DNA of 64,000 nt from Phoronis australis (Eukaryota > Animalia > Phoronida), in NCBI GenBank assembly GCA_002633005.1, contig NMRA01000454.1:217733-281732 (forward strand). The letters are read 5' to 3'. The notes beneath the pieces are model-generated. The model did not search any database and had not been told where the DNA came from. It worked only from the letters and a program-made list of their open reading frames with translations. The position numbers and the translations under genes are program-made. Shown piece after piece: positions 1 through 13,013 of the stretch. How positions within the stretch are numbered: position 1 is the stretch's first letter; the number at the start of each line of letters is the position of its first letter.

Positions 1-788
1 TTTCAGGTCATTTAGTGCAAACATGGGGTCATTAGGTGCATTTTTCTTCTGAAAATTTGACCTTTTCAATCAGCAAGTATTCTGATGTGTCAACCGTTAG
101 ACAACTGTGATTCTCAGCGTTAAACACATTTTCCATGGGCTTTGCAATAATTCTCCTAAAGATGCTTAAAATGCACCGGATAAGGTTAATTAGTACAAAG
201 GTCATGTAACGTTCAAAATGTTATATGTCTTACGTTTTTCAAGGAATTTTTTTCAATTTAAGCACACTGGTGTAAGTCAACATGCCAATTGAATACCCTA
301 CTTTACTTTGCTATAAGCCTAACCAATCAGAAAAAAGAGGTCAAAGGTCATTGGGTGCAAACTAAGAGTTTGAGTTACGGATTTCAGACTTAGGTATCTG
401 TTTACTAAGTGCGATTGAGATGGAATTCTAAATTTTCAGGTCATTTGTGCACCCATGGGGTCATTATGTGCAATTTTCTTCTGAAAGCTTGACCACTTCA
501 TTCATCTTGTATTCTGAAGTGCTTAAAGTAAACAACTGTGATTATTAGCATTAACCACAATTTTAATCGAGTTAGCAATTATTCCCTCATCGGGGCTCAT
601 AATGCACCGGAAGAGGTGAATTAGTGGAAAGGTCATCAAAAAATTACTATGTAATTTCTCCTACAATTTTAAAGAATTCCTTTTCATATTGGTAAACTGG
701 TTGCTGCCAGTAACTTCCCATAATAATTCCAGTAATACGCACGCGCAGAGTCCGTTATTGTCACGCCGTGACAATAATCTTTCTAGTT
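1..788 (+). mobile_element. 3' part of a non-autonomous Helentron-type element (HINE/DINE-1-like) with internal ~434-bp tandem repeats
   Basis: Subterminal GCGCAGAGT, then hairpin TTATTGTCAC-GCC-GTGACAATAA (755-777), then TCTAGTT end; internal repeat units start near 2 and 436. Confidence 0.6.
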
Positions 789-1097
789 ACTCTGCGCGTG
801 TAAGCGCAGAGTACTGTTGTTCCTGGGTTTTCTTCAATTTTATTCTTATTCTTATTCTATTCTTCTTCCGACCAACTTTGAGGCTTAATAACTCCAAATT
901 GGGTGCAGTAACGGTCTTTAAATTCAGCATATGAATTTTGACTGGTTATATAAGGACATCAAAAATTAATATGTAATTTCTCCTACAATTTTAAAGAATT
1001 CCTTGTCATATTGATAAACAGGTTGCAGTCAGTAACTTCCCATAAGAATTCCAGCAGAGTCCGTTATTGTCACGCCGTGATAATAATCTTTCTAGTT
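789..1097 (+). mobile_element. Short complete HINE/DINE-1-like element in tandem with the previous copy
   Basis: 5' hairpin TACTCTGCGC-GTGTAA-GCGCAGAGTA, TTATTC-type microsatellite, and the same 3' hairpin and TCTAGTT end as copy 1. Confidence 0.62.
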
Positions 1098-3759
1098 TCT
1101 AAATGTCCTTTCATAGACACCCCGAATGATTGCGAGGCGGTTTCCGCCAGGCAAGGCGCTAGTGAGAAATTTTGCTGCAACAAAGTGTGGTTAGTGGATT
1201 AAAAACAATGATTTTTCTACTTGTACCTTCCATGTCCAACGTTCACTCATTGGCAGTAATTTTGCAGCTGATGCTGATAAGGTGACTCCAGTCTGTGAAA
1301 ACTGCATAAATTGTGTGTCTATTGAAGTAATTTAGCAACTTTCACCTTCCAATTCGTTACCAGATTTCCACTTGGAAGCCGACAAATGCTTGGAGTCGCT
1401 TCCAATTCTACATGCAGTCATTCCAGAACAGTATACATAATATTTCCAAGAAGTAAAATGATAAAAAAGTACGAATCGTTCGGTTAAAATTGAGGGGTCT
1501 TTTCAGGACGCGTTCACAGACAGCATGACCTAAAGTCCTTCTTGCACACTGCCCATGTGGTTCCAGTATCCGAACATACTTACTATATAAGTTCTTATTT
1601 TCGACACCCTTTCTTTATATTCTTTTCGCCTTTCTTGCCAAAAGCGATTTTTTAACAGTATTTGACCCTTCTCTCTGAGCGTATGATTACCGGTTGTCAT
1701 CGGTTATTTCCGTACCCACATTTCCGGCTCATCAGTTCAGGAACTTGTCCTGAACGCCGCCATTTTTTCCTTGTAACTGAATGTGCTATGGCTTGCTCGA
1801 AAAGTCTTCATTATTTTGTTTTATTAGTAATATATCGTGATTCGTTTGCATATGTAGTGTATTTATAGTTTGTAGTTAGTGGTCGTTGAATTTTTTTGGA
1901 ATGTTACGCGTACTTAGTATGTTAAAATAGCATTGGTGTTTAGTTCCTTACGTAGGCCGGTCGAACCTAGGAACCAATATGGGTCGAACCAATTTTTTTT
2001 CGGTTTTATTTTTTTCCTCGTTTTGAAAAAGTACTTTGCTATCATCGGAAAGGTAGTACATTCTACTCAGTAAAAATCGAAAAAGTATCAAAATCGGGGC
2101 AAGCACTGTAAAGTTATTGCAAGTTTTGTGGCGAAATTTGGGTCACTTTGTTTGGATCGCGTCGGCCATATTGGAGGACAGCGGGATGAGTTACGAGTTT
2201 AAAACTTTGTGTAAATTGTTTTCGCCAACAAATTACGGTGAAATTTAGTTAGACATATCTTTACTTACTATTCTGCACGATTTAGCAGTGTTCACCAAAT
2301 TTCAGCCTCGCAGTTGTTACTCATTAAGTGATAAATGTGCTCACAATTCCCGTTGGACTTCGTCTCATTTCTGGCGGCACCTACAATGTCGACTTTTGCT
2401 GAACTGAAAGGCATGTTCAATCGGCTACTTTGTAATTTGTGAAGATTTAACGTTGATACATTTTGACAAACGTTGCTACAAAAAAGAAACTTTGTTCAAT
2501 TTTCGTGTTTTTTGTGTTTGTGGCCAGCGACCAGTTAGGCCTAAGGGTAGTCTTGGCGCAAAGCTGTATAGGCCTACTAACAAGCTGTATTTTGACTATA
2601 GTCTTCACTGGTAGCTGGTGACTGAGGCTAACTAAGGTCTGCCGCGGCAGTGTGACACAGGACTAACCAGCCCGTAATTTCATGCAAGTGTCTGAAACTA
2701 CCCTTGAATATATGCAACATTTATCATTTGACCATTTTACTTTGACAAAACAGCTTGCAACCGCATGCATTTACCGTTCGCCAGTGTCTGGTCTCGATCC
2801 GCACCGGGTCCGATAGGCTGCGGTCCCCAGTGTTGCAAAATAATTTCTGTCAAAATTTATTCGCCACATTTCTTCAGCAAATTCCATAAAATTGTCCGTA
2901 GTTTGATTTTATCAAAATTAAGGCGCGCTGTCGATTTTTTTATCCCCGTTTGCTGGCTGGTAACAGAACAGGCACTGCTCCAGTCGCACTGACGGCGTTT
3001 TCTCGGCCTTGGTTCCTGAATGAATTGTACTTCCGGGTTCGCGGCAAGTTCAAAATGGCGGTGTTTCTTCGGGTGCGAATCGTGAGTGGCGTGTTCATTT
3101 AAACTGTTTTCGAGTACGGATCGTGTATTAGTTATGGGGTAGGTACTTCTTGGATCCTTATAACATCTTCTAACCATGTGATAAGTGTTAACAACGCGTG
3201 AGAGGACTTTAATGGTGTGCTTTCTTTTGTTAAGAGGTAAGTTTGTGCGGATATCGCTCCCGTAGGTTAAATTAGCCAAACAGTTCTTAGCATGATATAC
3301 CTTATTATGTCATGGGCAGCCTTTGCACAGGATCCGTATGTTAATACTGGTTGTTCCGCCCAAATGTGGGCGAATATCAGTGTCCCATGTACATGCGGTC
3401 AGCTCTTCGTCTATAATCAGCTAAGGTTCTCACAAGGTCTGAGAACCTGGCCCGGAGGTGTGCGGCGCTTGTCATTTTGTGCTGGTCGTGCCCAACTGCA
3501 GCACACTACAGGACAGTTATATTAATGGCTACTTACATGTAGCTAAAGGACTTAATAGCTCTGTAAACTGTGCATGTCAGCTTGATCGCATTTTAGAGGT
3601 TTCATTTGGAAATATACATTCCTGATGTCAACGAATACTCTTTTACGGCCTTCTGTAGCCAATTGTTCAATGGAGTGATCAGACCATGCGGTTGTACTTC
3701 ATAAATGATAGTGTGGGTAGAAAACCTGTGTCAGTTCTAAGAATTAATGTTTTGAAGCG

Positions 3760-4520
3760 TGTAATACTGAAGAAGTTACAGTATCAAGCTGCCTTACTCA
3801 TAACCGGAGCTTACATGGGATCCAATAGTGTTAAGATTTTGAATCGTCTCAAGTGGCCCAAGCTGTCTACCCGACACAATCTTCACAAGACCACACTTAC
3901 TTTCAGAGTAATAAACAATGTCAACAACGTATCTGTCAAAAATGTTTGATCTTTACACTAGATAAGGCCATCGTAGTGATGTTAGATCATTCACCCCATA
4001 CAAATGTATGCAATTCCTCCGTCGTTCAGTCAGGAATTCAGAAGGTCTACAGTCATGATGTGAATCAACAACTAGAATATTCTTCCAGTCTCTGTTAAGA
4101 AAAGCAACTCTTTTACGAGTATAACAAATAATTTTAGACCTGCTTTTCATAATTTTGATAACTCAACACCCTTGACTCAATTCTCTCTTCCTTGCGATAA
4201 CGAAATAGCATTGTACAGATCAAGATGTGGTCTTTTCCTCAACTCTGACAAGTTCAGGCATAACTTTTAAGTAATGTCTCTCCTAACTGTAAATGTGGTG
4301 ACCATCAATCTTATCCGCATATGTTCTTCAAATGTCTCCTCATCGAATACCTGAGGGACTCATTCTTTTGTCCACTTAATGGAAACCAATCAATTGTTAA
4401 CGTTCTCAATTCTTGTAGTAAATATCCCTACTAGAGTTACACTATTATTGAATAGTAGTCCTAACCTTGACGTAGTTCTCAATGAATTCCTCCTAAGCAA
4501 AGTTAGTAAATTTTTATGTA
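3760..4520 (+). mobile_element. Decayed 3' end of a CR1/L2-like LINE ORF2
   Basis: KLQYQAALLITGAYMG..KILNRLKWPKLSTR resembles the post-RT region; later LNSDKFRHNF..SPNCKCG..H.FFKC resembles the terminal CCHC motif; stops and frameshifts; boundaries approximate. Confidence 0.6.
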
Positions 4521-5269
4521 CCGTTTATCAATATTGTTGCTACTGATTTCCATACATGAATCTGTACATATTTTTGTTTTTATATATTCGTAACAGCATA
4601 TCTAAGTATTGGAATACTTATATTATATACTACTTAAATGTATACACATCTTTGTATATTAGTTTCACTTCTGAATTGTTTACATCCCAGATATAATGCT
4701 TCGCGATTTCTGGGTTTGTCTTTATTTCTTTGTTTGCTCTGTGTATTCTTCAATAAATATATATCACTGTGAAAACATAGCCCTGAATTATTTCCTTGCT
4801 AATGTTCCATGGACATTCAGCATGCACAACCAGGGTTAGAACGGAAAGTTAATCTTACATGCATACTTTCTCATACATTTTGAAACTCGTACCAAATCCA
4901 AGAAGCTTTACATTGGCTAGAAAAAATGGCTACAATAATCTGTTTGCTTGTTAAATCTTACAAGTGCATTGCCTAAACCAAGGACAGTTTTCATATAGTT
5001 TCAAATTCAAACCCAGATAGCAACACTATTTTTAATTAAATAGTGCTTACATGAAGCTCTTCCTGCAATGTGGGTGTAGACAGCCCAATACCACAACCGT
5101 GGTACTTGTTTCAATGTGTATATTTGGATGTCTATTACTTCCAAGTACTCCGCCAAATTAATAGATACCTGAAAAAATGATGAAAAATTATCAAACTTAA
5201 CAGTATGTTATAGCTTCTTAACAATCCAGACATAACCCATTTACAGGGAATGTTATCCATGTAAAATCT

Positions 5270-5419
5270 AGGGCGGATCCATTATTTTGAGTTAGGGAGG
5301 TCAGGGCAGACTTGTAGCCAGGATTTCGACCGTCAGATATATGCACCCCCAACTGCCAAGTGGAATCTGGGAGAATTTTGGGGGGGCATGTCTCTTGGCC
5401 CCCTCTGAATCCGACACTG
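5270..5419. mobile_element. Small MITE-like element (GGCGGATCC...GAATCCGAC ends)
   Basis: Imperfect inverted termini AGGGCGGATCCA / TGAATCCGACACTG with G and C tracts; a related element lies at 11797-12158. Confidence 0.4.
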
Positions 5420-5426
5420 AAGATAC

Positions 5427-5926
5427 TGTTATGGTTTTCACGAAAGATCTTACGTAACCATGATAGTTTACAGTAAATTAAAATTATTATCTCCTGTACA
5501 GATAAAATCTCTTACCAACCACTTCACAGGCAGACATTTGCAAAGATATTAGATTGAGGTTCCAAGCAAGTTTCTTGAGGGAAAAGGAACGTGCTCCTCT
5601 TGACATGGGTAGATCATTCCAGTCAGTCCATATTTAACTCAACTCCTTCCTAGGTCAAGTTGCACCCAGATTAACTATCACTTTCATAGTGACATTGAAA
5701 GATTTCATTTTAATAAAACCAGTCGAACTTGCATTGAATCTAAAAATGGAAAGTCTCAGCTACGGGCTGGTGCAATACTCAGTAGATTATCGCAGAAGTT
5801 TGAGATATTCTAGTATTTCACCAATTCGAAATCATGTACTCAGTCCCTAGCTCAGTCACATCAGGCAGAATTTCCTTATTTGCGTTCAATTAGATCGGAG
5901 TTGTGCTAGTTTTACTATGCGTAACA
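5427..5926. mobile_element. Probable solo LTR (500 bp)
   Basis: TGTTATG...CGTAACA inverted ends, flanked by ATAC/ATAG (a 4-bp TSD with one mismatch). Confidence 0.45.
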
Positions 5927-6415
5927 ATAGTTAACACATTGAAACGCAAGGGTTCTCTTGGATATATTGTGACATAGTCGCGGGATATTCTAGATACACT
6001 ACAGTGCTAGTAGCGGGATGTCCTTTTGTATTCAGTAGTCTAGACCTCCCGAAAAACCTGAGCAATCAGTCAAAATAGGCAGTCAAAACTGAATGACCAA
6101 AACATTATCCAGATCAATGGAATAGTTACATTGGTGATTCCGAATTTCTCGAACCACACAAGTGAAACTTACAAATTGTTAGCCTTTAACGAAATGAGAT
6201 TTCCAAAATCAGGAGCTACCAATAATTACTACTAACGCAGAGACATAAGCACACACAGCAAATGCCAAAATACCCAAGTTACGAAATGATTATTTTTTGG
6301 GAGCTCCTCCCTTGGCTTAGCACTGAATTATCCACGGACACAGCATCAAAGACCACAGAACTATGTGTAATAGAGTACCAGCATTATGTGAACTTTATGT
6401 CTTACTCATGGACCT

Positions 6416-7765
6416 TTGAATACATATGTATTCAGAGCTAAGAGCGTGTGTAAGAACTGAGCGTGGGTTAACTGACTTTTTCAGTAATAATATTGGTACT
6501 CGTCAAGGGTGTGTGCTTAGTCCTTTTTGTTTAGTATGTATTTGAATGAGTTTGTTGATTACTTAAGAGAATCTTTAATTAGCGGAATTTACGTCAATGA
6601 GAATGTGCCTCAAATTTGTATGTTTCTATACGCTGATGATATGGTTGGTTGTGCAGAGACAGCATTTAAACTACAGCAACAAATTAACGCTCTGCATGAA
6701 TACTGTCAGGATTGGGGTATAAAAGTCAACCTTTCAAAAACAAAAATAATGGTATTTATAAAGGGCGGACCATTGAGAAAATACGAAAAATTTCATTTAA
6801 GAAATGACAAAATTGATGTCGTCTCATCATATAAGTAACTGGGTATTTGCCTTACAACCAAGTTAGTCTGGACGCAAGCTACGGAGACTTTGTCTCACCA
6901 GGCACAGAAAGCAATTTTTTCAATTAAACGATTTCAGTCAAAATGTGGACGACTTTCACCGAAAATTGCACTCGAGATTTTTGATAAAATGGTATACCCA
7001 ATCATTAGCTATGGAAGTGAGATTTGGGGATTTAACGAATACTCTAGTATCGAGCGCGTCCAATTGAAATTCTGTAAGTAACTGCTGGGTGTTTGAAGTA
7101 ACTGTCCAAATCATGCTGTCCTGGGAGAACTGGGAAGGTATCCAGTTTATGTAAAGCTGTTTGTTAAACTGATCAAGTATTGGCTTAAATTGTTAAAAAT
7201 GCCAGCACATCGAAATCCAAAATCTGTCTATGACAAGCTTGTCACATTGGATGAGGCTGGTAGGAAAATTTGGGCTTCATCTGTTAGGAATTTGCTGCAA
7301 ATGTATGGTTTTGGTTTGGTATGGTACAATCAGGGAGTTGGCTGCGAAGCATCGTTTCTTGTCATTTTTGAGCAGCGAATTAAAGATTGTTTTTTAAACG
7401 ACTGGAGATTTGCTGTGGAGAATAGCTCAAAACTTAATACATATTTCTTATTTAAAATTGATTTTAAAATGAAATCCTGTCTGTTTTGCGTGTGTGTAGT
7501 TTCTGTGTGTCCCTAATTGAAGATGAATACCATTTTGTATGTGTTTGTAAAATGTGCTGCGCTCTGAGAACTGCATTTATACCTGAGTGGTGCTGGCGTG
7601 AACCAAATAAGCATAAATTTGTAAAACTAATGAAAATGCCCATTGCTCAGATTTATCTAATAAAATTTGTATTTCACGCCACTGCTCTCAGGAAAAGCTG
7701 CTCAGCGTTATCTTCTAAATTTTATGTAACATGTGGGTCAAGGCTTTAAATTCATGAATTTGAAT
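6416..7765 (+). mobile_element. 5'-truncated non-LTR retrotransposon, RTE-X-like, pseudogenised
   Basis: RT motifs GTRQGCVLSP and LYADDM, plus KFCK..LGV...NHAVLGELGRYP; in-frame stops; TGAATT-repeat tail; perfect 14-bp TSD TTACTCATGGACCT at 6402-6415 and 7766-7779. Confidence 0.85.
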
Positions 7766-8075
7766 TTACTCATGGACCTCATACAGTTTACTACACGTTG
7801 GGATATTTAATACACACCCAGATTACAGTCCATGCCGGCGTGTGACACGTGAGTGGCTGACAATAACAACTGAACTTTACACGTTGGATATCAATCACAG
7901 CACCGGTTCTGACCAATCGATTTTATATCATTCTCTGGCACTAACCTGACTTCCACAAGTCCTGAACTGTCTTCTTGTAGTCTCTGCACATAGTTAACTT
8001 AATTGTCATGGTCTTGACAACAAACAAGATAGACCAAAGGACTGGGACCGGAATCTGCCACGATCAAGCACAGTC

Positions 8076-9376
8076 ATGATTTTTACCCTTAAGTTGTTAT
8101 ACGGCAGAATAGTAGCGTGTCCGATGCAAATCCCGAGCGAACTCTGGACTGGGGAAGACAACAGCGAACTCCGAAAAATTTACCAGTATGTCTTCCTGTT
8201 CAGGCACCGCTTAGAGGAAACCGTGAGTTTGCTTGATAAAGCTTGTATAACGCGCATAGTTTTTACTAGCATTACTACGACAAAAAGGCCAAGGATGGGC
8301 AGCTTCAAGTGGGACAACGAGTGTCGGTATTACATCACATGAACCACATCAAGGGTACTCTGCAGTGGACGGTGCCTTAGAAAGTTAAGAAAACGTTAAC
8401 CACATGGACTACAGAATCAACATGAACTTCAAGATTAGGATCTTCTATGCCAATCTGTTGGAGGCGTATCACGGACGCTAAAGCTTAGAGTGAGCCACTT
8501 TACTTCACACAAGGAAAAAGTGTTTGGCGATAGTTTTCGTTGTTAAGCGCTTTCAGTTTTATCTCCACCCGATAAATTTGTGGTGCAATCAGACCAAAAA
8601 CCTCTGGTATGTATTCAGCGATATATGATTGAAAATCCCAAAGTTATGCGATGGGCTACAGCGCTTCAAAAGTGTAAATTCCATATGGAGAATATCCCAG
8701 GAAAGTCTAACACCGGTGCTGACTACTTAATTCGACTAGCAGATCCTGAAATTAGATAGCATTTTAGAGACTGATCGAGAGGCAAACGATTAAACGTCTG
8801 TGCCAGACCATTTTTGTATCGAGTATATTCTCTTTGGCATGGTTGTGTTGTCAGAATTTAGACTGACACAATTCTTAGCTTCACTATTTTGTTCTATTAT
8901 TCTGTTTGTGTTATTAATTGGCGTGACCCCTGAGGTCAGTACAGTGATGATGTAATTTGTTTACTACAGCCTAATGTGGAACTTTCTTGAAGGCTTTTGA
9001 ATATGAGTGATTAATGTGATCAGTATTATTCTAGAGACTATTATATGTTTGTAGAATGATTTTGTAGATTCTGGAAAGTTCTAGAATGTGCTTGAATTGG
9101 TGTAAAGTTATAGAACGTTGCATGAGACTTTAAATACCCAGGCACGGGTTTGGCATAGTCAGTTAACAGTTAAACAGTTGGGAAGATGACAATTGAGTTG
9201 CACTGAAGAGAATCGGAAGTTACAGCGATAGTCAACAGAGATACAACAATTAGCATACAAGAACATGTAAACTTATGAGGATTCACGTTATTGTTGTCTC
9301 TCCCTAAGTTTAGTAGAACACGGCCATTGGTACATGTAGCTCCTCAAAATACGCTATTTCAAATTTTTTTGTTACA
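8076..9376 (+). mobile_element. Gmr1-like Ty3/Gypsy relic: integrase C-terminus, then RNase H C-terminus, then probable 3' LTR (~8849-9376)
   Basis: LLYGR.V..PM..ELWT...YYDKKAK (integrase end) precedes CLAIVFVVKRFQFYL...SDQKPL...MRWA..LQ...IPGKSNTGADYL (RNase H, stop at 8759); a TG...CA bounded segment follows. Confidence 0.7.
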
Positions 9377-9714
9377 TCAATTTCTGTTTTCGAGCACCGG
9401 ATTTGAACCAGATATGGTTTGTTTGTATGTAGGTCTTATCGGAAAGTCACTCATCAAAGTAATATGATTATGAAATGCGTAAACATTTACATGTTGTGGG
9501 TCGCGGGGGTTGTGAGTCCACTGGGTCGTTTGGTGTGCTGGTCGAAGGGATTTTGGAGCAACTGCTTTTAATTTAAGAACATAAGGAGGAAAGCATTGTG
9601 TCGTTTTACAAATCATTTAATTTATTATGTATTTTCAACGTTTGAACTAGATTACAGTTTCAGATAGGAACTTTGATTCAATTTACCGGTCTTGTCCATT
9701 TCTCTACCTTCCAG

Positions 9715-9978
9715 AATTAGGAGTAGCTACTATTACCACTATTGTTGAAAATGTGACAACAATTGACGTTGGTTGGAATGCAGCACCTGGGCTAAAAGAC
9801 TACCAGGAGGTTGTTTGCCATGGAGAAAAATCAGATAACTTTCAATCTCGATCGAAATCTGCTTTTATAATTGGACGTTGTGAAGGGTTGAGTCCTGGAA
9901 CTGAATACACTATTATTGTGAGGACACACCGTCTAGGATGGGATACTGTGCATACAGGAACGAAGACAGCTAAAACAA
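9715..9978 (+). CDS. FN3 exon E1 (264 bp, diverged type)
   Basis: tctctaccttccAG|AATTAGG...AAAACAA|GTGAGT; reads ELGVATITTIVENVTTIDVGWNAAPGLKDYQEVVC...RCEGLSPGTEYTIIVRTHRLGW...TAKT. Confidence 0.88.
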
Positions 9979-11796
9979 GTGAGTGTTTATTACAACACGT
10001 TCTTTCTTACAAGTGATCGTGAGGCCTTTCTTCACTATGAAAGACTCTGGTGAGGCATTTGTTGCAAGAGAGTCTGTTTAGTGGATTGAAAATTACAACT
10101 TTTATGATTCTTGACGAACAGTCACTGTCAGTATTTTTTCCAGCTGGCTCTACTAACGTTTCAACTTTCTTCCAAAGCACGTCATGCAGTTGTTAATCCA
10201 ATGTGTAAATATTGCAAAAGTTTGTGTCTACTGAAGTAGGTAACTTAGGATCGATTTAGAGATTTGCAACTCGCAACTTCGACCTCGTATCTCCTCTGAC
10301 AAGGTGATAAATATCCCAGGCCTCCATGCAGACATTCAAGCTCACGCCCAAAACATTTTTAAGTAGTAAAGGGACAGTAGTAGTAATATTGTTCAGTAAA
10401 CCACGGGGGCCCTTAAAGGACGCGTTAACAGACAACGTTATACAACGCCACCTTATGACGGTATTTTCTGACACGTGACAAGTCATTTTTGACCCGCTGA
10501 CTGTCACTAATGCTGTCCTACACAATGAGACAAATGGAACTAGAGTTGAAGTCCCTTGGTTTTCGTTGAGCGGAGTGGTCCATGGTCATCGAGATGCGTG
10601 TGTACTAAAATCTAGGAACTAATATTGGTAATAACACGGGATTTCAAGTAAAAGCTCATGGATTTAAGGCCGGGATCATCAAGTGCAAACTAGGATTTTT
10701 AGAAAATCATCCAAGAAAATCATTGGATACTTGAGCACAGAATTAAAGGGTCATCCATTAAAGTCGATTTTCGGGGTCATTTACCTGACTCTCCATCATA
10801 GTCCGATGTGTTTTTAAGGGTTTAGTGACCTTATTCTCTCCAAGATATATGTTATTTTCTAGCAGCAAAGAAGCACAAAAATTGGATACAAGATTAATAG
10901 TTGGGTATTTTTACAGGGTGAACACCAATTCGAAGATTTATTAAATATTACGAGGTTATTGGGAACAGGGCAGGGTCGAAGGATGAGATACCGCAAGAAT
11001 ATTACACCCCACAATGTTATAATGGGACAGTAGATGGGTTGTTTCTGTTGATTTCAAGAGATGGGACAAATGTTATATAGCCTTGCAAGCTATTTTTGTA
11101 TTCTGTCCTGTTTTACGTATTCTGATACTAACAGCTTATCAATGCCTGGGTATGCAGGACAGAGCAGACAGAGTTTACTACCATTGAGTTTTGTCATTTT
11201 TGCTTTGTAGCGGGTCGTTGTCAATATAAATGTACTCGCCAGCAAATATCAGATCCAACTGAATTGAGGGACTAAATTAGAGTTGGTTTAAATCTGACTT
11301 TTGCTGATGTGAAGTGCATGTACCAGTACGGTACAGTAACTGTGTACCTGCTTGACATTTACCTTTTACTGTCACGGTGTGATTTTACTGCGTGATGGTG
11401 ATATTTTGAAATAAATATATTTTGAAATAAATGAAAACTTTATTGTTTAAAATGGTATCTCATTTTGTTGTTTCTGTATGAGCATTTTTGTTGTTCTTCT
11501 CGTTTTGGATGGCCAATCAGATAAATGTGTGCTTGTTATTGACAGAAATGAATCTGCGATTCTGCACATCATGGGCGGATAAAATGGGTACATTGATTAG
11601 TTTAAAAAATAATATTGGTAAAAATTAATAATTCGAACTTCTTTTGAAAACTCCGCTTATATACATTGCAGCCGGCGTGTTGTTCCACAACAGAGTCCAT
11701 GGCACCACTGTCTCAACTGTGAGACCATGTCGTTTCAAACTATGCAAGTTACCAGTTCACCACGCTAAGATGAATTAGGTACTAGCACAAGTAATA

Positions 11797-12158
11797 CACA
11801 GGCGGATTGGGGAGAGGTGGGCAGGGCCGCCTTTGATGTCGAAAAAATAAAACAGGAAATATTGAGTTCATTAACTAACCCGGGTAATCATCATGCGGCT
11901 GAAACAATATTTAACGCGACAGTTGTAGTTTTTGTGTGAGTGTGTGCGTTTGTGTGTCTGTGGGGGGGGGGTCTCAGATCCTATTGCAAGTGACCAAGCC
12001 AGGTTATCGTTTTCCGGTTTTTTTAGTCCTCCGTTTGTTTTTCAGTTAAAGGTCCAAACTCTCAGAAATTCGAGCCCCCCTACACTCCTATATTTTGGGC
12101 TGGATGCCCGACACAAAGTGTTGCCCCCCTTATCAGTGATATCCTAGATCCGTCAATG
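11797..12158. mobile_element. MITE-like element
   Basis: Imperfect TIRs CACAGGCGGAT / ATCCGTCAATG with TAATA on both flanks. Confidence 0.4.
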
Positions 12159-13013
12159 TAATACTAGACTGTGCAAATGGATACTTCATACCTCCGGCTT
12201 CGGCGGTCCAAGCAGAAGTGTTCACCGGCACACGCTGCTAACTGATGTATATGTGAATGTCTTACTGTACCAACCACTTCAGGGTGTTTTTGGTGTCACT
12301 TGTGCGTTCTTCTTTTTTCATTGAAATACTTAAAGTTAACATATCAGTTTCTGTACTAACTCTAAACTTTTGCAAAATTTTCAATACAACTTTTATTGAA
12401 ATTGCCCTCAATTCCGAATATGCACATGTACACTAGCATGTACAGTTCCGTTGGTACATGTAAAATGTTGCACACAGTGACACGGCTCCACATGCACGCA
12501 TACTGCTGTTTGTATGCTCATAGATTTCCATGGGCTTCTATTAATTTCTCTCTACTTAGTGTTCAAGTGTTTCACACGAACGCGTGCCTCAAATATTTTT
12601 GTTTGAATAAATCATGTGGCGTCGGGTCAAGGAATTGTTAGACCCAAACTAAAATCTTGAGAAATACAGTGATGTAAAGGCGCGCAGAGGAGCGGCCCCT
12701 CGACAGCTGATCGTCTAGTTCGGTTTATAAACAACTAAAATATACAATTATAACGACGAAAAGGTTCATGGTTTTGCTGTATGGTATCATTTTCTAAACC
12801 TTATACATTTCAGCGATTGTCTTTTCGACTGAGCCGGTAAAACCTCCCAAAGCCTAGCGGCACTCTGTGATAATTTCTGACAACGCAATAGGATTTTTTT
12901 CTTTGTAATGGCTTGTATGATCATTTAAGCAATGCGCGGGTCACAAGTTTACATTGCTTTATGTTACCTATAATTTAGAACCTCATTAGCATTTAAAATT
13001 TCAAATTTTATTC

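Noticed and set aside
2857-3279. 140-aa minus-strand ORF
   Set aside because: Non-ATG start, no motif, and it lies within repeat-like intronic sequence.
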